From a virus (lineage: Duplodnaviria; Caudoviricetes): a DNA stretch of 34,578 bases. The stretch lies in IMG/VR virus record IMGVR_UViG_3300034777_000230, positions 1 through 34,578 of that record, one strand, 5' to 3'. The notes below the pieces were generated by a model. The model had not been told where the DNA came from. It searched no databases and was given only the letters and a program-made list of their open reading frames with translations. This document shows, one piece after another, positions 19,496-27,140 of the stretch (position 1 is its first letter; each line of letters opens with the position of its first letter). The position numbers and the translations under genes were made by a program.

Positions 19496-21432
19496 GTGTA
19501 GCTATAGATTATAGCTCCGGTGCGTTTGCGGCTAACAAGGCGCAGGGCGTTGGTACAATAGCTCAAGCACAGGCTGGCTATGACTTAGCTAATGCTTCTT
19601 ATGATAGTGTTAGCTTTAGCGTGGCGAGTCAGACGTTACTTCCATATGATTTGTTCATAGATAGTACCGGAAGTCATTTGTATGTGGTAAGCTCAAATGA
19701 TCAAAATGTCTATCAGTACAGCCTTTCGAGTACTTGGGATATTACTTCTGCAAGTTATGTTCGTACTTTAGATGTCTCAACAAATAGTTCTGGCCCCAGA
19801 GCTATCTTCTTTAAGCCCGATGGCAGTGAGATGTATTTAGGTGTTGGGGGTGATCAAGAGATACAAAAATACTCTCTTAGCTCAAATTGGGATATAAGCA
19901 GTGCAACCTATACAAATGCACTAGGCGTGTCTTCACAAGGAACTTCGCCATCGGGTTTATATATTGGTAATAGTGGAACTAAACTATACTTTTCTACACC
20001 AGACAACAATTTAATAGTTGAGTATACCTTATCTACGGCGTGGGATATTACAAGTGCAACTCATGTTCAATCATTAGATATTAATACACATGAAACCGCT
20101 GTTCAAGCAGTAGTATTTAAGCCTGATGGTACAAGTATGTACATTATTGGTAGTCAAAGAGATGCCATAAAAGAGTTTAGTTTAAGCACTGCGTGGGATC
20201 TTTCTACAGCATCTAAAGTGGGTGCATTTGCAGACGATTTTGTGATTGCTTCTCAAGAGACTTCACCTCAAGGTATTTTCTTTAAGTCTGATGGTACAAA
20301 ATTATATGTAGTTGGAACTGCGAATGACACCATCTACCAATACTCCACAGGATCGTATGTTCAAAACCTAGACATCTCCAGCGGCACCTACTTCAACTAC
20401 ACCCCATCAGCCAACACCACGTTTACTTTCAGCAATGCACCAGCATCTGGCACGGCGGCTGGCTTTGCTTTGGCGGTTACTGGGGCAAATGTAGGTGCGG
20501 GTTATGACATTGCTAATGCTTCGTATGATAACAAGAGCTTTGATATCAGCAGTCAAGAAACTCTAGCCAGTGCTTTATTTTTTAAGCCTGATGGTACAAA
20601 AATGTATATGACAGGTGGAAATGCTGACAGTGTATTTGAATACGACTTGTCCACTGCCTTTGACGTAAGTACCGCTGCATATAACAGTGCTTCATATTAT
20701 TATGGCGCACCTCCGGGAATTACTGAGGCACTGTTCTTTAGAGCCGATGGTCTAAAGTGGTATTCAATAGATCGTGGCGAAGATAGAGTTTATGAATATA
20801 ACATGTCAACTGCGTGGGATATTACGAGTTCTTCTTTAAACCAAAGTCTTGATGTCTCCAATAAAGAAGCAGCGGGTCGTGGTTTATTTTTTAACTCAGA
20901 TGGAACTAAGATGTATATTTGTGGCACTGGTTTATCTACTGCTAATCAATACAATTTAAGTACTGCTTGGGATATATCAACAGCTTCTCATAGCTCTACT
21001 TTTAGTGTTAGTTCGCAAGATGTATTTCCACAGGGAATATCTATAAAATCCGATGGCACAAAGATGTATATTGTTGGGAGTAATACTGACACTGTGTATC
21101 AGTACAGTTTAAGTACTGCTTACGATCTTTCTACAGCATCCTACGACAGTGTAAGTTTTAGCGTACAAAGTCAAGATTCACTCCCCTTTGGATTTTATTT
21201 AAAACCTGACGGTACAAAAATGTATATAGCAGGTAGATCTAATGATACTATCTTTCAATACACCACACAATCCACAGCAACATCCACATTCACATATCCC
21301 TCATCAGTGAAGTTCCCTAGCGGCACAGCCCCTGCTGGCCCAGCTATAGGTGAAACAGATGTGTTGGTCTTTTACACAGACGATGGTGGAACTACCTATC
21401 AAGGCTTTAGAGCAGGGGATGCAATGGCATGA
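19492..21432 (+). CDS. paralogue of 19133-19495 carrying two inserted 5-repeat beta-propeller-like domains
   Basis: Ten ~50-aa repeats (STAWDISTAS...FFKPDGTKMY...QY) in two blocks. The three flanking segments align to the upstream 120-aa protein. Confidence 0.8.
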   Translation: MSVAIDYSSGAFAANKAQGVGTIAQAQAGYDLANASYDSVSFSVASQTLLPYDLFIDSTGSHLYVVSSNDQNVYQYSLSSTWDITSASYVRTLDVSTNSSGPRAIFFKPDGSEMYLGVGGDQEIQKYSLSSNWDISSATYTNALGVSSQGTSPSGLYIGNSGTKLYFSTPDNNLIVEYTLSTAWDITSATHVQSLDINTHETAVQAVVFKPDGTSMYIIGSQRDAIKEFSLSTAWDLSTASKVGAFADDFVIASQETSPQGIFFKSDGTKLYVVGTANDTIYQYSTGSYVQNLDISSGTYFNYTPSANTTFTFSNAPASGTAAGFALAVTGANVGAGYDIANASYDNKSFDISSQETLASALFFKPDGTKMYMTGGNADSVFEYDLSTAFDVSTAAYNSASYYYGAPPGITEALFFRADGLKWYSIDRGEDRVYEYNMSTAWDITSSSLNQSLDVSNKEAAGRGLFFNSDGTKMYICGTGLSTANQYNLSTAWDISTASHSSTFSVSSQDVFPQGISIKSDGTKMYIVGSNTDTVYQYSLSTAYDLSTASYDSVSFSVQSQDSLPFGFYLKPDGTKMYIAGRSNDTIFQYTTQSTATSTFTYPSSVKFPSGTAPAGPAIGETDVLVFYTDDGGTTYQGFRAGDAMA

Positions 21433-22187
21433 GTGTATCACGTTTAATGCAGATGGGTGCGGCTGGTGGCTTTAAACCTACAGACATAGCTAATGTAGCA
21501 ATTTGGTTAGATGCTACAAACACATCCTCTTTGTTTCAAGACTCTGCGAAAACAACTGCTGTAACTTCTGACAATGATCCGATTGGTTGTTGGGCAGATT
21601 TGTCAGGAAATGGTTATGATCATATTCAAGCTACAAGTGTAAATAGACCAACTCTTGATACAAGCACTATGAGTTTAAACAGCATTAACTTTGATAATAC
21701 TGTAGATAGTGGATTAGGTCAGTTTTTGCAGAATGCCTCAAGCAAAGACACAATCACAATTTTTATTGTGCTGGAAAGCACTTCTACTTCTGCGGGTGTA
21801 TATTTTGGTTTCGGACTAACCTATAATGGGTATTTTATGTGGAACGCTAGTAACTCAACAAACTACCTTACCGCCCCCGCAGGGCAGTTTAGAACAGTTG
21901 GTGATAGTTACACCGCACCCGCTGCAAATACATCAGCAATCTTAACAGGAGATTTAGTTCAGTTTGTTAGAAAAAATGGAACGCAGTATGCTGTTAATAG
22001 TCCGTATACGTACACCGGAGGAAGTGGTGGAGGAACTTATGTTGGGCGTAGAGGCTTAACACCTAACGATCATAAACCATATCTTGGAAACATTGGTGAA
22101 ATAATAACTTATGACAGGCGCTTATCATCATCTGAAATCGGTACGGTAGAAGCATATCTGTCTACTAAATGGAGCATAGCAATATAA
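21429..22187 (+). CDS. ConA-like lectin/LamG-type domain protein
   Basis: IWLDA...WADLSGNG...RPTL and GNIGEIITYDRRLSSSEI...EAYLSTKW. Confidence 0.75.
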   Translation: MSVSRLMQMGAAGGFKPTDIANVAIWLDATNTSSLFQDSAKTTAVTSDNDPIGCWADLSGNGYDHIQATSVNRPTLDTSTMSLNSINFDNTVDSGLGQFLQNASSKDTITIFIVLESTSTSAGVYFGFGLTYNGYFMWNASNSTNYLTAPAGQFRTVGDSYTAPAANTSAILTGDLVQFVRKNGTQYAVNSPYTYTGGSGGGTYVGRRGLTPNDHKPYLGNIGEIITYDRRLSSSEIGTVEAYLSTKWSIAI

Positions 22188-22699
22188 TGTTAGTTAAACT
22201 TACAAACGGTCAGCCCAACCAATTCCCTTACACCGTTGGGCAATTTCGCCGTGATAATCCAAACACATCTTTTCCACGTCAGATCCCTAATACGATCTTG
22301 CGTAGACATGCAGTCTATGAGGTCACTGAGCTTGAGAAGCCAACCTATGATCCGCTGGTGCAAACACTTGTGGCTGGCACACCCGCACGGGAAGTCATCC
22401 GCATGAAGACTGAGGCAGACTGTACTGACCCTGACACGGGTGAAGTAGACACAGATCAGGTAGGCCAACCTCTATATGGCAGCGAGTGGGAAGTAGAACA
22501 CACTGTGCAAAACATGGAGCAAGCCACGGCAGAAGCTAACGTTAGATCAAAGCGTGATGGGTTGCTGCAAGAGACTGACTGGATGGCTTTGTCGGATGTT
22601 ACTATGTCTGATAGTATTACAGTATATCGTCAGGCGCTGCGTGACATCCCAAGTCAGTCTGGGTTTCCCTTTAATGTTACTTGGCCCACTAAGGAGTAA
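22187..22699 (+). CDS. tail fibre assembly chaperone-like protein
   Basis: C-terminal VRSKRDGLLQETDW...YRQALRDIPSQSGFPFNVTWP; TAATG coupling to the upstream gene. Confidence 0.8.
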   Translation: MLVKLTNGQPNQFPYTVGQFRRDNPNTSFPRQIPNTILRRHAVYEVTELEKPTYDPLVQTLVAGTPAREVIRMKTEADCTDPDTGEVDTDQVGQPLYGSEWEVEHTVQNMEQATAEANVRSKRDGLLQETDWMALSDVTMSDSITVYRQALRDIPSQSGFPFNVTWPTKE

Positions 22700-22705
22700 T
22701 AACAC

Positions 22706-23380
22706 ATGCTAGGTTTCAGCCCATTAGCGTCTGCCCCCTTAGCGGATACTGGGGCTGTTGCGGCAGTTCAGTATTCTTTAACTGCTGATACGGGTTCGTT
22801 TGCGCTTACTGGAGAGACAGCGGGTTTCACAAAAGCTGTATTGATAGACTTGGCTGCGGGTTCGTTTGCGCTTACAGGTCAAGACGTTAATCTAAGTGTA
22901 TCTGAAGCATTTGAAACTGGCTCATTCGCCTTATCAGGGCAAGACGTAAGTTTTGAAGTAGGCGAATTTTTTGGCGCTGGTGGATTTTTACTAACAGGCC
23001 AAGATGCTGGACTAACTAAGTCTGTTAAGCTTAGCCTTGATGCCGGTAGCTTTTCTTTATCTGGCCAAGATGCAAACCTCAAAATAAACAGAGCCGTTTT
23101 AGCCGAAACAGGGGTATTTGCGCTTACGGGTCAAGCAACAAGCTTTACTAAAGCTGTGTCAGTTTCGCTTGATGCTGGATCTTTTACCTTAACTGGCAGC
23201 GATATTGATTTAATCATATCAGAGGGCGCTGGAACTGGTATATTCACATTGAGCGGTCAAGACGCAACATTCTCTTTTGCATTTAGCCGCCGTTTTGAGT
23301 TTGATGGTTATTCACAGGAAGTGGTTTTAAAAGACAACAATTTTGTTATAATAGAAGAAGCGTACAAAGAGGCGGCATAA
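22706..23380 (+). CDS. repeat-containing putative structural protein
   Basis: SD AAGGAG. Eight G-x-F-x-L-(T/S)-G repeats with period 20 or 22 aa. Confidence 0.7.
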   Translation: MLGFSPLASAPLADTGAVAAVQYSLTADTGSFALTGETAGFTKAVLIDLAAGSFALTGQDVNLSVSEAFETGSFALSGQDVSFEVGEFFGAGGFLLTGQDAGLTKSVKLSLDAGSFSLSGQDANLKINRAVLAETGVFALTGQATSFTKAVSVSLDAGSFTLTGSDIDLIISEGAGTGIFTLSGQDATFSFAFSRRFEFDGYSQEVVLKDNNFVIIEEAYKEAA

Positions 23381-23706
23381 TGACTTTTTATATGAAGCAG
23401 AATGATACAGCGCCATCTATTCGCGCAAATCTAAAGGATGGAGATGGAGCGGCGATAGATTTGACCGGCGCATCCATTAGGTTTCATATGCGCACTATTG
23501 GTGGAACAAGTAGCAAGGTTGATGCTGCGGGCTATGTTATCTCTCCACCCGCTAGTGGTATTGCTCAATATAATTGGGTTGCTGCCGATACAGATACAGT
23601 TGACAGCTATCAAGCAGAGTTTGAAGTAACTTATTCTGATGGCACAATAGAGACATTTCCAAATGATGGTTACATTCGCGTAGAAGTGACTGACGATATT
23701 ACTTAG
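23380..23706 (+). CDS. BppU N-terminal-like domain protein
   Basis: KQNDTAP...IDLTGASIRFHM...YQAEFEVTYSDGTIETFP. Confidence 0.7.
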   Translation: MTFYMKQNDTAPSIRANLKDGDGAAIDLTGASIRFHMRTIGGTSSKVDAAGYVISPPASGIAQYNWVAADTDTVDSYQAEFEVTYSDGTIETFPNDGYIRVEVTDDIT

Positions 23707-23715
23707 GATTTTAAG

Positions 23716-23949
23716 ATGGAAATTGGTGCATTGTGGAGTGTTTGTTTAACTGCTGGATTGGGTTTAATGGGGTGGTTGCTTCGCAGTGCATACGCTGAAG
23801 TGCAGCGCATTAGCATATTGCTAAACAAGACCCGCGAGGAGATGGCGCGGGAATATGTGACAAAAACCGATAGCTCTGCTGTAATGACGCAGATCGTGTC
23901 GCGCTTTGACCGCATAGAAGAGAAAATAGACCGCCTGATGGAGCGGTGA
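23716..23949 (+). CDS. small membrane protein (N-terminal TM plus coiled coil)
   Basis: Hydrophobic N-terminus; EYVTK...RFDRIEEKIDRL. Confidence 0.7.
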   Translation: MEIGALWSVCLTAGLGLMGWLLRSAYAEVQRISILLNKTREEMAREYVTKTDSSAVMTQIVSRFDRIEEKIDRLMER

Positions 23950-24122
23950 TCTGCTCCCTTGCCAGCGTAGCCGTTGGCGTACTTGCTTATGGGCAGCTTT
24001 ACACTGCGTGTATATACAGATGCCCATATCCATCCTTCTGGTATCACTACCCATATGTTATAAGGGTGGAGTACAATAGTGGATGCCCGCGTTTTGCTGA
24101 CGTTGGTAAAGATGCCAAATGA
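23946..24122 (+). CDS. 58-aa Cys/Tyr-rich protein (not in the ORF track)
   Basis: GTGA and ATGA overlaps at both ends. Translates as MICSLASVAVGVLAYGQLYTACIYRCPYPSFWYHYPYVIRVEYNSGCPRFADVGKDAK. Confidence 0.65.
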   Translation: MICSLASVAVGVLAYGQLYTACIYRCPYPSFWYHYPYVIRVEYNSGCPRFADVGKDAK

Positions 24123-24562
24123 TAGATCCATTTACAGCTTTAGCTGCCGTGAAATCAGCGGTTTCTGCAGGCAAGGAACTTGTAAACGTAACCAAGCAAA
24201 TCGGTGAGTTCTTCGATGGAGTGGATGATTTACGCGCTGCTCATGAGAAAAAGAAGAACAGTCTTTTCTCTGGGTCAGATGAAAACTCTATGGAAACTTT
24301 CGTTAATCTCCAGAGGGCCAAGGACGCCGAGGAGGAACTGCGTCAGATCGTAATTGCCACCAGAGGTTTTTCCGCTTGGGGTGAATTGCAAGCCATAAGA
24401 GTGCAAGCAAGGAAGGATCGTAAGGCTAAGATAGAAGCTGAAAGAAAGCGCAGGGCGAAGCTGGTTGAGCGCGTTGTTATTTATGGCGGCGCTGTAATTA
24501 TTGTCACGATTATGCTGGGGATTACTGTTGTAATTATCTTAGCGAAGCAGGGGCGGTTATGA
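24119..24562 (+). CDS. hypothetical protein with C-terminal TM helix
   Basis: MIDPFTALAA start, coiled coil and hydrophobic C-terminus. Confidence 0.75.
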   Translation: MIDPFTALAAVKSAVSAGKELVNVTKQIGEFFDGVDDLRAAHEKKKNSLFSGSDENSMETFVNLQRAKDAEEELRQIVIATRGFSAWGELQAIRVQARKDRKAKIEAERKRRAKLVERVVIYGGAVIIVTIMLGITVVIILAKQGRL

Positions 24563-24813
24563 GCGACGGTTTAAGCGGAATAGGATCGGCACCGTTTAAC
24601 GTGCAGTCAGACATTCACCAGCAAGCCAGAGCGCGTGAGCGCATAGAAACGCACATGGCAGAGCAAAGAATGGAGAAAGAGCATAGAGCCAACCACAGCC
24701 ACCTAGAGGCTCTCGCAAAGCAGAGATTTGATTTGCAAGAAAGTTATGATAGGTTTGGCCGCAAGACAAATGCGGATAGACCGCAGGGAACTAAGTTAAA
24801 TATAGAGGTTTGA
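24559..24813 (+). CDS. hypothetical protein
   Basis: ATGA-coupled to the upstream gene; charged and helical. Confidence 0.65.
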   Translation: MSDGLSGIGSAPFNVQSDIHQQARARERIETHMAEQRMEKEHRANHSHLEALAKQRFDLQESYDRFGRKTNADRPQGTKLNIEV

Positions 24814-24814
24814 T

Positions 24815-25129
24815 ATGTCAGCAAAGAAGCTAGAAGATCAAAGCAAATATGATGCTTATGATATGAATGATGATGGCATTGTTTCTGATGCGGAAATGGC
24901 AAGAGCCAAAGAAATCCGAGAAACAGAAGATTTACTGCGCAAGCACTTGGCACAGTTACGCATGGCGCGTTGGACTTTAATTGGTATGGGGGCATTCACG
25001 GCGGCTATGTTTGCGATGCCAGTGGGTCGTATAGAGGCTCTCAGCGATATTTCTAATCTGTTCTACATTAGCGGGGCGGGCATTGTTGGCGCTTACATGG
25101 GAACCACAGCGTGGATGAGTAGGAAATGA
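24815..25129 (+). CDS. EF-hand-loop, two-TM membrane protein
   Basis: DMNDDGIVSDAE followed by two hydrophobic helices. Confidence 0.7.
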   Translation: MSAKKLEDQSKYDAYDMNDDGIVSDAEMARAKEIRETEDLLRKHLAQLRMARWTLIGMGAFTAAMFAMPVGRIEALSDISNLFYISGAGIVGAYMGTTAWMSRK

Positions 25130-25521
25130 TTGACAAACTAATAGCACCCGTAACTGGTCTTTTAGACAAGTTCATTCCTGATGCTGACGAAAAAGCAAAG
25201 CTCGCGCACGAGATTGCCACGATGTCACAGCGTCACGCGCAAGACTTGGCCCTCGCTCAGATACAAGTCAACGCAGCAGAAGCGGCAAGTGGAAGCACTT
25301 TTAAAGGTGGCTGGCGTCCTTTCATTGGCTGGATCTGTGGGCTTGCTTTTGGTTGGCATTTTATTGGTCAGCCTGTTGCCCTTTTTTTTGTAGCTTTAAC
25401 GGGAACAGAAATCCCGCCCTTGCCAGAATTTGATATGGGAACGCTGCTGACTGTTCTTGGCGGCATGTTAGGAATTGGCGGTCTTAGGACATATGAAAAG
25501 CAGAAAGGCTTAACTAAATGA
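25126..25521 (+). CDS. holin (3TM, GTA-holin-like)
   Basis: GGWRPFIGW...LGGMLGIGGLRTYEK; adjacent to the endolysin. Confidence 0.85.
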   Translation: MIDKLIAPVTGLLDKFIPDADEKAKLAHEIATMSQRHAQDLALAQIQVNAAEAASGSTFKGGWRPFIGWICGLAFGWHFIGQPVALFFVALTGTEIPPLPEFDMGTLLTVLGGMLGIGGLRTYEKQKGLTK

Positions 25522-25946
25522 GAAAGATTAACGAAATTATAATTCACTGTACTGCGACAAATCCAAACTGGTATGCTGATCGGCCTGTTGAAGATGTAGT
25601 AAAAGAAATCAAACGATGGCACGTTGAAGAGCGTAACTGGTCTGACATTGGCTACCATGCAATCATTCACCGTGATGGTTCTGTGGGCTATGGTAGGCCC
25701 GTAGAGCGTTCTGGGGCGCACTGTAGGGGCCGAAACAAGTCATCCATAGGGGTAAGCCTTGTAGGTGGCCGTGGCGGCTGCGCTGACGATGATTTTCTGG
25801 ATAACTTTACGCCAGAGCAGGAGACAGCTTTGCGTGAATTAATTGTAGAATACAGCGTCAAGTTTCCCAGCATCAAAGAAATATCTGGGCATAATTCCTA
25901 TGCAAGAAAAGCTTGCCCTTGTTTCGCTGTGAAAGATTGGTCATAA
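25518..25946 (+). CDS. endolysin, N-acetylmuramoyl-L-alanine amidase (T7 lysozyme-like)
   Basis: IIIHCTAT, DIGYH, GAHC, GHN...KACPCF Zn-binding pattern. Confidence 0.93.
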   Translation: MRKINEIIIHCTATNPNWYADRPVEDVVKEIKRWHVEERNWSDIGYHAIIHRDGSVGYGRPVERSGAHCRGRNKSSIGVSLVGGRGGCADDDFLDNFTPEQETALRELIVEYSVKFPSIKEISGHNSYARKACPCFAVKDWS

Positions 25947-25952
25947 GCAAAA

Positions 25953-26009
25953 GTCGGGGCTGGCTCATAGGAAACTGTGACAGGGTTGTGATGAACTTGC
26001 TGGCCCCAC
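25953..26009 (+). ncRNA. candidate structured RNA (three-way junction) downstream of the endolysin
   Basis: Outer stem GGGGCUGGC/GCUGGCCCC and inner hairpin UCAUAG-GAAA-CUGUGA. G-U pairs are satisfied only on the plus strand. Confidence 0.35.
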
Positions 26010-26010
26010 G

Positions 26011-26039
26011 AAAAAACCCCACCTAATCAAGGCGGGGCT
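26011..26039 (-). terminator. intrinsic terminator (twin of 33761-33789)
   Basis: Minus strand AGCCCCGCCTTGATTAGGTGGGGTTTTTT. Confidence 0.85.
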
Positions 26040-26084
26040 TCTCTCATATCTAGCTGAACATAGGAGACCAAGCCATACGCTCAA
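26011..26084 (-). ncRNA. candidate sRNA A
   Basis: TTGACA(26117-26112)-16-TAATAT(26095-26090) upstream and a terminator downstream. No SD-led ORF. Contains the anti-SD UCUCCU. Confidence 0.45.
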
Positions 26085-26118
26085 AGTCGATATTAGTTAT
26101 ATTTTTATCTATGTCAAC

Positions 26119-26158
26119 AAAAACCCCGCCACTACACAAGGAGAAAATAGTGACGGGG
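26119..26158 (-). terminator. intrinsic terminator of the leftward early operon
   Basis: Minus strand CCCCGTCACTA-13 nt loop-TAGTGGCGGGG-TTTTT, 20 nt after the stop at 26179. Confidence 0.8.
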
Positions 26159-26178
26159 GAGAAGGTTTCACCCTTCAT

Positions 26179-26487
26179 CTACGCCGCGTGGGAGGACGCG
26201 GCATCTTGTTCCGCAATACGCATTCGTCTGTATCGATTAACAATATTACGGGTACAGCCTAATTCTGCCACAATATTGTCTACGGTCATACCCTTTTCTA
26301 ATCGTTCATAAATTTTAACTTTGTAGCCATTCGGTCTGCCCTTATGACCACCCATTTTTTGCTTTTGCATAAATTGCCTAGATTTGCCAAAATTTGGATT
26401 GTCACCAAATGACCCACTAGATTTGACGTATTTCATATCGGCTTCTGCCATTTCTTTCATTTTTGCGGCTAACACGGCTTCATCCAT
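26179..26487 (-). CDS. hypothetical protein with C-terminal HTH
   Basis: GMTVDNIVAELGCTRNIVNRYR; SD GAAGGG. Confidence 0.7.
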   Translation of the reverse strand: MDEAVLAAKMKEMAEADMKYVKSSGSFGDNPNFGKSRQFMQKQKMGGHKGRPNGYKVKIYERLEKGMTVDNIVAELGCTRNIVNRYRRMRIAEQDAASSHAA

Positions 26488-26668
26488 GAATGTTTTTCCC
26501 TTCTTTTTGTAGTGATAAGATAAATGATTTTAATTCTGATCTGGCGCGTTCCAAATCTTGCTTCACGTTAGGGTGCGGATCTAGCCTAAAGCTTTCATCT
26601 TGCAAACGATCTACTTGCCCCCTGAGAAATCGCAAATGTGCGTGATCGGCTGATGTAAGGCTCTGCAT
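26480..26668 (-). CDS. hypothetical protein
   Basis: SD-like AAAGGGGGG before ATG; coupled to the next gene. Confidence 0.65.
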   Translation of the reverse strand: MQSLTSADHAHLRFLRGQVDRLQDESFRLDPHPNVKQDLERARSELKSFILSLQKEGKNIHG

Positions 26669-26855
26669 TTATATACCCCCCTTTCTGGCTGCGTTTGAAA
26701 TTGATCTGCCAATAGTGGCAAAATCTAACAAGGCTCTTAGCATCCCATTCCAGAATATCTGAAGCCTCTGCATAAGTGTAATCATCGGCAAGTGATTTGA
26801 CCAAAGCAATCTTTTCTTGCTGGTGGCGGTTGCGGATTTCTGCCCAAGTTTCCAA
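26595..26855 (-). CDS. hypothetical HTH-like protein
   Basis: Probable TTG start at 26855 after AGGAG; YTYAEASDILEWDAKSLVRFC. Confidence 0.55.
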   Translation of the reverse strand: METWAEIRNRHQQEKIALVKSLADDYTYAEASDILEWDAKSLVRFCHYWQINFKRSQKGGYINAEPYISRSRTFAISQGASRSFAR

Positions 26856-26856
26856 T

Positions 26857-27048
26857 TTACTGCTCCTGTTCTGGCCGTGGCCGTGGTTTGATGTTTGGAA
26901 TAGGGCGGCGGTAATCTGCTTCACCGCCCATCTCTACGCACTGAGGAAGAAAGATCCGCTCAAGATCATAATACTCAGAAAACGCCTTGCATTCATCTGG
27001 TGATGAGAAAATGACAAAGGCCATAAAAACTGGTTCAGCAATATTCAT
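26857..27048 (-). CDS. hypothetical protein
   Basis: TAATG-coupled start; C-terminal IKPRPRP. Confidence 0.6.
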   Translation of the reverse strand: MNIAEPVFMAFVIFSSPDECKAFSEYYDLERIFLPQCVEMGGEADYRRPIPNIKPRPRPEQEQ

Positions 27049-27140
27049 TACATCCACCCCATGCTAACGCCAAAGATCCAGCCTAACACCACCGCAGCAA
27101 TCGCCACGGTGATGATGATGTCTTGCACCCAATTAGTCAT
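27048..27140 (-). CDS. 30-aa single-TM protein (not in the ORF track)
   Basis: GGAG upstream. Translates as MTNWVQDIIITVAIAAVVLGWIFGVSMGWM and fills the gap exactly. Confidence 0.55.
   Translation of the reverse strand: MTNWVQDIIITVAIAAVVLGWIFGVSMGWM

Noticed and set aside
19573-21267. Diversity-generating retroelement template/variable repeats or a CRISPR array
   Set aside because: The repeats are diverged protein-coding units with no near-identical adenine-variant pair. No reverse transcriptase, cas gene or spacer structure was found.
25960-25995. SAM/SAH riboswitch-like words on the minus strand (CCTGTCACA...TTCCT)
   Set aside because: Only a fragmentary resemblance from memory, with no downstream gene or SD in that orientation.
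25965-25998. Hammerhead ribozyme (GAAAC and GUGAUGA present)
   Set aside because: Lacks CUGANGA and the U-H cleavage site in the required arrangement.
26111-26311. Plus-strand 66-aa ORF
   Set aside because: Runs through a terminator and antisense to a better-supported gene; no SD at its ATG.
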